A DNA stretch of 64,000 nt from Lama glama (Eukaryota), in the NCBI GenBank assembly GCA_028534125.1, contig CM052816.1:93188001-93252000 (forward strand), given 5' to 3'. Below the pieces are notes generated by a model. That model did not search any database. It had not been told where the DNA came from and was given only the letters and a program-made list of their open reading frames with translations. A program made the position numbers and the translations under genes. This document shows positions 12,801-24,800 of the stretch, piece after piece (the first letter of the stretch is position 1; each line of letters begins with the position of its first letter).

Positions 12801-15800
12801 TACTTGATAATGAAATTAATGACGACAACAACAACAACAACAACAATAATAATAAATTTTGGTGAGTTTTAGTTTATTTGGGGACCTTACTGAGAACTAT
12901 AGCCCAGAAGACAGTCTCTTAATAGCTCTGAGGAACTGGGGAGGAGCCAGTATTTATGGATTTTTTGACTGGGAAATATATGTAGTTAGGCATGCATCTT
13001 GGTAAAACATTGCTGCTAATCATAATCAGTGGGGGTCAGGAGGGTACAGCTCCGTGGTAGAGTGCGTGCTTAGCACGTATGAGGTTCTGAGTTCAGTCCC
13101 CAGTACCTCTGTTAAAATTAAATAAACAAGTAAACCTAATTACCCACCCCTACAAAGGAACCAACCCAACGAGAAACAGATTATATGATTCCATTTATGA
13201 AACGGATGAAAAGAGGTTAAACTAATCTCTGTTATTAGAAGTCAGGTTAATGGGTGCAGCGAGGTAGACAGCGATTGGAAGGGAACGTGGAGGGGCGGAT
13301 GGTGCAAGTAACCTTCTGGTTTTGATCTGGGTGTTGATTGTACAAATGCGTTCACTGTGAAAATTCTGTGAGCTGTATACTCGTGGTGTGTGCATTTCTG
13401 TATGTATATTATACTTCAACAAATAGTTTTTAGAAACTATATTAATATCCTGTATTTCATCTATCAGAATGACAAAAATTCAAAATTTGACACCATACTT
13501 CATGGGAAAGCTACAGGGAAATAGATGCTCTCACACACTGCTGGAGAGGGCGTGGAAGCTCTGCACCCTCCACGCCAATGTTTTTAAATTATCAATTTTT
13601 TTTACCACTTTCTCAGCACACTGCCTGAAACACTTCTGAATCTTTTTGATCCAAGTTAAGTCTTGATGCTTTCTGAGTCAATATACAACATATGAATTTC
13701 TGCTCTTTTGAGACAATGAAGATATTGCCTTCTCTTTTATCTCTGCAACTTTTCACGCTACTCTTATATGTGTTATATCTTTCCTCATTGTTTCTCCATT
13801 CCTCCTTGCACTGGCTAAGCTGTCCTCTTTAATCCTTGAAGTCCTCCAGGGTCTTTAGTCCCTCAGATTGGTGGATACCTCATTTCCACCCCCACCACTT
13901 TTTAAAAACCAATTTATGAAGGTATGATTGACATATGAAAAGCTGGACATATTTAATATATATAACTTGGTGAGTTTGGTGATAAGTGTTCACCTATGAA
14001 GGCCACAGGTATGTCCATCACCTCCCAAAGTTTCCTCCTTCTCCTTTTATTGTTATTATTATTACTATTTTTTTTCTGTGGTAAGAACACTTAACACAAG
14101 ATCTACCTTCTTAACAAATTGTAATTGTACAGTGGAGTGTTGTTAACTATAGGCACTATGCTGTATAGTAGATCTTTAGAATTTATTTATTTTGCATAAC
14201 TAAAACTTTGTGCCCTTTGACCATCACCTCCCCATTTCCCCCTTCCCCCTAGCCCCTGGCAACCACCACTCTCCTCCCTGTGTCTATGAGTCTATTTTAG
14301 ATTCCATATATAAATGAGATCATGCAATATTTGTCTTTATTTGTCTGACTTATTTCATTTAGCATCATGTCGGATCCACCATGTTGTTGCAAATTGCAAT
14401 TTCCATTTTTTGAGGCTGAATGATATTCTCTTGTATGTAGACATCACATTTTCTTTATCCATTCGTCTATCAGTGGACTTTTAGGTTGCTTCCCTATCTT
14501 GGCCACTGTGAGTGATGCTGCAAGGAACATGGTGGTGCAGGTATCTCTTCAAGATCCTGATCCTTATCCTCCCCTGCCCCTTTTAAGACACTCTGGCTTC
14601 ACAGAGAGTCTCTGATCAGCAGAGAGTCTCTGATCAACAGAGAAAACGATGACGGTGTAAAGAAATTTCTACACCTTTATTGGACACATGTTACCTAACA
14701 ACATCATGGGAATAGAGCACATGGCATCTCAGGTCTTAAAGGCCTACATTTTACCAAGATTTGAAAAGCTTGGCATCTATCTTGACATTCTGAAACATTT
14801 TCTGGTATCCTCTAATTTTGCACTCTCTACCACTAAAATATTCAGCATTATGTAATCATCAATGCAGAAATGTGTGGAAACAGGAATACGATGATGGGGC
14901 ATGTAAGGGAGGTTTTCAATAATTTCCTTCATGTTCTGTCTCCATTTTATTGCCTCTTTGTGAGCTTTTGAAATCTGCTACTTCCAATTTATACTAAGGA
15001 AATTTCCAGGTGCATCTAAACTCTAACATTTTGGCATCAGGCTACATAAATCTAAACAACAAATAAGATAACAGCAAAGAATGTCTCTTCCTATCTTAAT
15101 GCTAATCTGACTAGACACACAAAAAAAAATATATATATAATAGTCATATTGCTTTGCCTGAAGGAAAAATAGGAATCTAATACTTAGTTGAAATAGGTTG
15201 AATTTCATATATATTCCTCCCCTCATCTCCTTTTTCCTGGCTACCTAACTTAATTGAGCCCAGTTCTGTTTGAAAACTCCCCCTTTTAAAACTGAAGTGA
15301 AATAAGCATGTCCAGCTCTTTTATATCACTTCACTTTGACCCTGCTTCTCTGTTGGCAACGATTATATTTCTCTTCTCAAATAAAGATCTATCTGCCATT
15401 TCCAGTTCTTTAGCACAAATTCTCCTTCACGTCCAGCTGTTTAGATTTCACAAAGGCAAGTGTATATAGTTATATTCCTAATTACCAAGTTCTGTGATTT
15501 TCCCTCTTTTTTTTTCCAGTCCTCAGAGAAAAGGTCATTACCTTTGATGAGAAGGATGTTGGGTACCTTCCTTTGGCAGGAGGAATGTAAATGCAAATAA
15601 GATGGAAGGTTTTCAAGACCTAGAAGGGATGCATGTGCACGATGTCTTAGAAACAGGACAGTTGCAGATGCTTCTTTTTAATATTTTTCCAATTCCATAA
15701 AGAGTGTGAGAGATAGAACAGTTATTATCAACCACAATGGGTCTAGGTAACTATTAGATAATTTACTCTGTAAGAATCTCTGTACTAGAAATGGAACAGA

Positions 15801-18800
15801 ACCCTTCTAAGAGCTTAGTGAAATTCCTGTGGCTCAAGACCCATCATTTAAAGGTCGATTCCCCACTAAGAAACCTCTAATTATTCAATCTGGCAGCCTC
15901 GAGGCTACTCACTAGTGTCAGTCTGCGGTGACAGGTCTTGAGAGAGAAAGAGGCAGATTCTCGACCCACGTATCTAATGAGTGAAAAAGCACTGCAAATC
16001 CTGGAGTTTTCCTGACTTGGAATCCCTGGAATCTACTTAAGTGCTGAAGATTCTTTTCCTTTCAGATGACAGCTTTTTTCTGACACTAAGTGGTCTGTAC
16101 AATTTTAGAGAAGTCACAGCTCCTTATCTTCTCACCAACATGTCTCTCACTGTCTCTCCTCTCGCTGTCAGCTGGAACTGTAAAAATCTGAACTTTGGTG
16201 GGGCATGTGTTTCTTTGGGATTAAATATACATCTAGCCCCCATGACTGCACCAAACTTAAAGATGCTTGCTTTCCTCTGTTGAAGTATAATTGATTTGCA
16301 ATGCTGTGTTAGTTTCAGGTGTATAGCAAAGTGATTCAATTATACAAAGCCTCAGTAAATTTAAGAAAAATGAAATCGTATCAAGCATCTTTTCCGACCA
16401 CAGCACTATGCGATTAGAAACCAACTCCAAAGTTTCTTTTGTCTGCAGTTTCTTGTCTGAGATTGAATGATAACCTTTTCTTCTCCCCCAGACCATCAAG
16501 CCTTCAGACATTGCCACTGTCCGCACGCTGGGCCGACCCCCTCATCTCATCATGAGGATCATGGATTGTGTGTTGTTGCTGTTTCAAAGGAAAGTCAATG
16601 CTGTGAAAATTGATCTTGAAAAAAGCTGTACAATTCCTTCCTGGCAGGAATCTTTAAAACTGATGACAGCAGGAAACTTTCTACAGAATTTACAGGTTGG
16701 TAGTTTAGTAATGATGGGCTAAGAGGGGACTCAGATTTCATAAGAGTATCTGGGTCCTTTAATTGAATACGCTTCTAAAAATAATTTACCCTACATGCGT
16801 ATTTTTACTTATTAAGTTTTTTCATCTTTACTGGGGTATAATTGATAAATAAAAATTGTGTATATTTAAGGTATACAACTTGATGTTTTGATATATGGTT
16901 GCACTGTGAAATAATCACCACAATCCATCCATTAAATCCAATGAACAGCCAATTAAATATCTATCACCTCACATGGTTACCATTTTTTCTTTGTTTTTCC
17001 TTTTTGTGGTGAGAACACTTAAGGTCTACCCTCCTAGCTAATTTCAAGTATGCAATACAATATTGTTAATTATACTCACATTGCTGTATATTAGGTCCCC
17101 ATTATTTGTTCATCTTGCATAACTGATACTTTGTATTCCTGACCAATGTCTTCCCCTTTCCTTCTCCTCCCCCTCATCCCAGGCTACCCTGATTCTACTC
17201 TCTGTTTCTATGAGTTTGAGTATTTTAGATTCCACATATAAGTGAGATCATGTAGTATTTGTCTTTCTCTGTCTGACTTATTTCACATAGCATAATACCC
17301 TCTAGGTCCATCCATGTTGTCATAAGTGGTAGAATTTCCTTCTTTTTTAAGCCTGAGTAATATTTTCCATACATATTTTAAACATGTATGTAAGTATTTT
17401 TTCAGAGTAGAATTTTCTCCTTCAAATATAAGGTCTTGTAAGCATTAGTTTTTCCTGACAGATTTTAGGTGTATTAAAGCATCATCAGTGACATATTTTA
17501 GTAAAAGTTAAAAAAATTATTTTAAGGAACCAAAATGTGTGCATATATTGTATGTACAAATACATACATATATTTATATTTTGCAAGTCTCAATAGTAAA
17601 TTTTTGAGTATTGATTTGCATCTTTTAAGTTTTATGAGATATAATTTACATATGATAAAATGCACAAATTTTAAGTGTAGAGATGAATGAATATTTACAT
17701 ATTCATTAATGAACCTATTAATGAACACTGACATCAAGATTTGCACTTCCAGACCCCAGAAATCTCTAGTATCCCAACATGATCAATAATCTCCCCTAAA
17801 ATAACCATTATTCTGACCTTTATCCTGAAAATTAGTTTTGCCTGTTTTGAAATTTACATATATGACGTCATGTCATAAGAATCTTTTGTTTTGACCTCTT
17901 TTCAGCATGTCTGTGAGATTCTTTCTTATTGTTGCACAGGACAGTAGTTCATTCTTTTTTCATTGCTATATAGCTTTTCAATCTATGAGTAACGCAGTAG
18001 TGTGTGACAGACATTTAGCAACTTGTTCTCTGGGGAGAAAAAAGAAAAAGCTCTGATTTGGAGTGTTTGCCAATTTTCATGGTATAAATATCCTCACAGT
18101 GGCTTATTTCAGGCTACCAAAATGCTGTTGCCGAATGTAGAATTGAGAAGAGGTGCATAGTAGGATGCTATTATAAGATATCTCTGCCATATAGGTACAA
18201 TAAATGTAAATGATCTCAAAAACATAGATAGTAAAATGCAGTAATTAGAAAGTGGTAAATTTTCCTGTACAGTATTTTTGTTTAAAATAACACTTATTTA
18301 ATTGTAAGTTTATGTAATTTAATTGTTAATAATGGCTGTGTTTAACAACCAGTTTGTGAAGTTTCAGGAAACTGAACAATCATTTCTCATGAGCTTATAT
18401 GAGTCAGCACCAGTGTGAACTGCTGTGATTTGCTTTAATGTGTTTGTGCATTGTACTGTTGATGGATTTTTGAGTTGTTACTAGTTTGGGGCTATTAGAA
18501 ATAAAGCTACAGTGAATACTGGTCATTTAGTGGGCATATTTGCATTTCTCTTGGCTCTGTACTCAGGAGTGGAATTTCTGGGTCTTAGGTTATACATTTA
18601 ATGAGCCTGAGTAGATAGTGCCAGAGAGTTTTCACAAGTTGTCGTATCGGTTTCCACACCCACCGACAGTGTGTAAGTTGCTCCACATCTTGACCGTTTT
18701 CTACTTCTAGCTCTTCTGAGGGGTTTGTAGTAGTGTCTCATTACTGTGGCCTTAGTTTGCATCTTCCTAATAACTGATGATGTTGAGAATCTTTTCATCA

Positions 18801-21800
18801 GCTGATGAGCCCCTTGGGAATTCTTTTGTTGAGAGCCTGTTCAGGTCTTTTGTCCATTTAAATTATTTATTACTTTGTAGAATTTCTTTATATGTAAAAT
18901 AGGAGTAATTTGTCATTTATATGTTTGTGAATATTTTCTCCCTCTTTTTGCTTTAGTTGTTCATTCCATTAATAATGTCTTTTGATAAGCAAATGTTCTT
19001 AAGTTTAGTATGGTCCAGTTTATCACTATATTCCTTAATAGTGCCTTCTGTGTTCTGTTTAGGAAATCTTTGCCCATCTCTAAGGCAGAATAAATGCTTC
19101 TGTGTTTTATTCTAGAAATTTTATTGTTTTAGCTTTCATATTTGGATCTTGAGACAATGAATTGGCAACACCCACCCAACTTCCTAGCGCTATCTATCAT
19201 TCAGTTTTTAATTCAGCATTGCCCATGTGGATGCTATGGCCGGAGCATCTTGTGAAGCCCCTTAGAGCAGCTATAACAAGAAGCTTATGAAACCAGTAGG
19301 CCATACAGATTTGTCTCAGATAACTAAAATATGAGACTCCAGGATGCAGGTGCCACCATGAAGGAATAACGTGCTATCTGAGTGGAGAGGAGGTGGTGAT
19401 TCATCTGATTGTGAGAGTGTGGAGTGTCAGTGGTGACGGCAGGATCGGGGTGGGGGGGTGGCTCAAAAAGTGTTCACTGAAAAATGTGACAGTGGAATTG
19501 TACTTGCCTTATATATACCTGGTACAGAGCCACTGCTCTTAGGAGCTACCTTGCTAGTTGCCTTTTGTCACCACCACCCTTCTATGCACCCAGATATTTT
19601 TCTGGCTTCACTATTTTTTAAATCTCGTAAGAGAAACTTGCATTAAAAGAGAACTGAACGAGAGTATATTTCACTCTACGTAGTGTATATTCTGTGAAGG
19701 CTTTTTTCTCTGAATTATTTAGGTGCTAAACTTCTTTCTACTTGGAAAACATTTAATCACCCTCATTTAGATGATCAAACACCGCTTTTAAAAGGTCCAA
19801 TTTTATTGTTTGGTCAGTCTTCTCTTTTGATGCTGGAAGGTATTCTTAATCTGTTTCTGCTACTATTTTTATTTTTTATTATTTTTTGAAACTTTAGTGT
19901 TCCTTTAATAATTTCAATAGTGAAAATTCACAGGAGAGAAAAACTATCATTTTGAATTTATTTCAAGCATTTGAAAATGTTATCCCTCCAGAAGAGAACA
20001 GTTCTCTCATAATCTTGATAGTTCTATGATTAAAAATGAATTCATCACCCTCAAGGCCTCATGTCCAACTTATTTTTTAATCCTCACATTTTAGGTAAGT
20101 TTACTAGAACCTCTGTCTGCATGTATTAAGCAAGCACTTGGTTGCTGCTAAATATATATGCTTTATATATTTGCTTTATACATAATGCTAAATGTATGTA
20201 TGTTTATATGTGTCGAAATATATATGACTTTTGTCTAATATTTTGAAATATTGACAAAATAAGATGTCATTCATTCATTCTTATTTTTTAATGGTTTCAA
20301 TGGCATTGTGAGCATATGGCAAGAAGCATTTTGACTTTATTTTACTCCATTTTCTCCATAGCAATTCCCAAAAGACACGATCAATGAAGAAGTGATAGAA
20401 TTTCTGAATCCCTACTTTGAAATGGCAGACTACAACATCGAGACGGCTAAACGTGTGTGTGGGAACGTCGCAGGTCTTTGTTCCTGGACCAAGGCCATGG
20501 CTTCCTTCTTTTCTATAAACAGAGAGGTGTTGCCTCTGAAGGTAAGCCTCCTTGGGGGAGCTGCTTGATATGTGCTGGCCAGGGGTCTCTAGGTCACCTG
20601 GGCTTCTCTTTTCATTCAGCACCGGGCCTTCAGCTTCTGCTGTTACACCCGAGTCCACAGGGAGAGCTGGTGATAAGCCAGGCACAGGATGTTTCTTTCT
20701 CCTCTGTGATTCTCCTCTAGTCAGAATTGCATGAGCCTTAAGCATAAACTCCCTACAAAGATCCTAAGTCTGTTGTGAGGCTGCTGGACATTTTTTTCCC
20801 TTCTGTCAACTTGAAAAAAAGAAACATAGAAAACTGTAGCACAGGATCCACCAATAATGTCTAAGATCTCCTGCTGGGGAATCCAGCGAAGGAGGCAGGG
20901 TCGACACACAGTTGCTGGTGGCTGATCTTGACTGTAGGGAGATCCTCCTTTGTCCCTCAGGAAAGGAACTGGGTATCATTGGATATTTAATGTAATTTGA
21001 GAATATGTCAGTGTTGCCCTTGAAATAGTTACATTTCTAAGCTTCACATGTGTCCACATCCTTCCACCATTCAGTGACACTCAGTCTTTAGCAGCTGGAG
21101 AGGGAAGTACGTGTTTTGAAAATGAAACCCTGATGCCTCAAAAATCACACCTTATGGCTTAGTTGATTATTTTGCTTTTGTATGAGTCCACTCTCTCTCA
21201 ACCATCAATTAAAGTCCATTTACACTTCTAAACCCTTGGAACTTAATAATCATGCTAAAAATAATCAAGAATACAGGGCTAGAGTTGCAGGTCCCATTTT
21301 ATTTTCTCACGGTTACCGTAGCAGGACCATGTATTCAGTTGTGGAGGCCCTTGGGGTCCTAGAGCAACTCAAAAGAGGGGAGACTCACTTGGCTCAGAGA
21401 TTTTTAGAGCAAATAACTGATGTCATGCTGTCTGACATGATGGATTTTGGGACCATTGAAGACTCCAGCATAGCTCACAATTGCACATTCTGATATTGAC
21501 TGAATTATAACCACCTCATGCAATGAAAAGGATGGGCATCCTTTGCAAATTTTTCCGGGCAAGCTTATATAAGTGTCTTTAAAGGAATTATGCAGAATTC
21601 ACAGTGGGGAGTATTTACTTTGTAGAAGTAACTTTACGTAAAATGAGCTGAAATCAGTACAAAATAATGGATGTTCTGACAAGGCTTACGTAAGGACAAA
21701 GATACCTCCTCCCCTGTGTTCAGTACATTTCAGGCTCCGCGCAGTCGCAGGACAACCTAGCTTTTACCGTAGGAAGTAAAGAGAGCACCATCAGGAGGGG

Positions 21801-24800
21801 AATCTTCTACTCGTGGCTGGAACTATGCTTCTTTTCTGAGAAGCCTGTCCAGGGCGTGCCTTCCTGTGTTCTTGGGAGCATCCAGCATCTGGGAACGTTC
21901 AGTTTGTCAGGTTCCTCCTATTGGCAGTCAGAGAAATAAACGTACTTACATGGATGCTACGTGTTCCCTGCGTAGAGATAAGCAGAGGGCAACGCTAGTG
22001 CAGGTTATCATTGGGAAATTCTGCTCAATGTATTAGGAAACACAGGCCAAGGCCTCTAACTTCACTTATTCCTGGAGGGACTTCACTTACAATCTCCCAC
22101 TTCCCAAGTAAAGAGAGGTTAAGGACACACCTTAAACCCAGTCAGAACCTCTCCTTTGCTAGTTAGTCATGGAGACAGTGAGGGGCGGTTCTCTGTCATC
22201 TTACAATTCCTACAGAAGGGCCAAGTGACTTCTGGAAGTGAATAAACTTAAATATTAATTGCAAGAGTAGCAATTTAGATTCCATTCAGTTTCATTCTAC
22301 TGGGACTTCTTCTTGGAAACTCTGTGAAAACCAGTAAATATCAGTTCATATAAACAGAATGTTACAGGAGTAGAGCTTTAAATATTGAATACAGATAAAA
22401 ACAATGACAATATTATTTATCATATTTGTTATATGCCATCCCAGACTTGGGATTTTACATATGTTATCGTATTTAACATACACACACACACACACAAATC
22501 CTAGGATGTAGTTTTTCAATATCTTAATGGAGATACTGAAGCTCACAGAGTTTAAGTAATTTTAAAAGATTCCCCCAGCTCCTAAGGTGAGCAGTTGGAC
22601 CTTAAAGATTTTATGCCTTTCTATTAGTAACTTTTGAGAGCTTCATTTAAAATTAGTATTTTTTTTTTCCTGAGTAAAGTCCTAGAAAATATTCTAAATC
22701 TTTGGGGCTGTGATAGTTTGACTCAGCGGGTCACCTTAGTAAGTTGACGCATTGGCCTTGCTTTTCTTCCCTGTTTGAGCCAAGGCAACAGATGCTGCTT
22801 GGAGCAAATGTTCCAGGAGACAGATTCTTCGTAATCTGTCATTTTTAAGCCACTCTTTTGCTGTCATCAGTTCTAGTCAGTTCCAGAACTCTGACTTTCC
22901 TTTCAAGAATTATTCTGCCAAAATTTGGGAATCTGAGATTATCAGATAGGAAAAAATTTGTCTCCAAAGAATATTTTTAAGATAAATCTTTTTGTCTCAA
23001 ACACTTCAGAAAAAATATGGCTCTAGTAGTGGGTCTCCCTATTAAAGTCAATTTTAACATTTTTTTGTTTTTTCTTTTTCTTTTTTTTAAACATTTTTTA
23101 TTGAGTTATAGTCATTTTACAATGTTATTTCAAATTCCAGTGTAGAGCACAATTTTTCAGTTATACATGAACATACATATATTCATTATCACATTTTTTT
23201 TTCACTATGAGCTACCACAAGATCTTGTATATATTTCCCTGTGCTATACAGTATAATCTTGTTTATCTATTCTACATATGCCTGTCAGTATCTACAAATT
23301 TTGAACTCTCAGTATATCCCTTCCCACCCACCTTCCCCTTGGCAACCACAAGTTTGTATTCTATGTTCTTGAGCCTGTTTCTGTTTTGTATTTATGTTCT
23401 TTTTTAAATTCCACATATGAGCAATCTCATATGGTATTTTTCTTTCTCTTTCTCACTTAATTCACTTAGAATGACATTCTCCAGGAGCATCCAGTTTGCT
23501 ACAAATGGCGTTATGTTGTCGGTTTTTATGGCTGACTAATATTCCATTGTATAAATATACCACAGCTTCTTTATCCAGTCATCTGTTAATGGACATTTAG
23601 GCTGTTTCCATGTCTTGGCTATTGTAAATAGTGCTGCTATGAACATTGGAGTGCAGGTGTCTTTTTGAAGTAGGGTTCCTTCTGGGTATATGCCCAGGAG
23701 TGGGATTCCTGGGTCAAATGGTAAGTCTATTCCTAGTCTTTCGAGGAATCTCCATACTGTTTTCCACAGTGGCTGCACCAAACTGCATTCCCACCAGCAG
23801 TGTAGGAGGGTTAATTTTAACATTTTAAAGACTTGAAAAGGGAGAACTATGATTTCAAAATTTTTTTCAAAAGAATTTAAATTCCTGCCAGCATGGACTA
23901 TTTTCTACACTCTATCTTTTTCCAATATTACTTTTATGCCTTTTGAGTCTAATTTTGTAGCTTCCTTAAAACAAATGTTTTTATCTGGTCACAGCTCAAG
24001 TATTAATTCTTTTCTGGAAGGCAAGCAATATATGAAAATTACAAGAGTGACATCCAGATCACCACTACCCACAAAACCTGCATCTTTATATTCAGTGATT
24101 AATTCTGTTTCATCCTTTGTTTTAACAGCCTCATCAACACTGATGGGTCCTGCTAGGCAGATGGTTCTAAATACTCAGTTTTTTCCCCCTACAACTCAAT
24201 ATTACAATGTTCTGCAATTTGCCTTATGCATCTAATATTATAATGTTCTGATCTAGAGACTGGCAAACTCTGGCCCACAGGCCAAATCTAAGCCACCACC
24301 TGTATTTGTATAGCTCATGAAATTTTAAAATAAGTACCTAAGCAATAGTCTTCATTTTACCTCTTGGCCCCCAAAGACTAATATATTTACTATCTGACAC
24401 TTTATGGAAAAATTTTGCTAACTTCTATTCTAATGAATTATAATTTTCTGCTCACATATATTTATGTCAAGTTCCCATTAAGATTTGCTGCAGCCTTATG
24501 GAAAATAGTATAGAGATTTCTCAAAAAAACTAAACATAGACTTACCATATGATCCAGCAGGCCCACTCCTGGGCATATATCTGGAGGGAACTATTTTTTG
24601 AAAAGATACAGTACCCCAGTGTTCATAGTGGCATTATTTACAATAGCCAAGACATGGAAACAACCTCAATGTCCACTGACAGATGACCGGATAAAGAAGC
24701 TGTGGTACATTTACACAATGGAATACTATTCAGCCACAAAAAGAATAAAATAATGCCATTTGCAGCAACATGGATAGATCTGGAGATTGTTTTTCTAAGT

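Noticed and set aside
13039..13110. tRNA-Ala(AGC) gene
   Set aside because: Degenerate B box and stems plus the attached AT-rich tail identify it as a SINE.
23536..23823. Active L1 ORF2
   Set aside because: Only the C-terminal tip of a 5'-truncated copy, with a premature stop after MEY.
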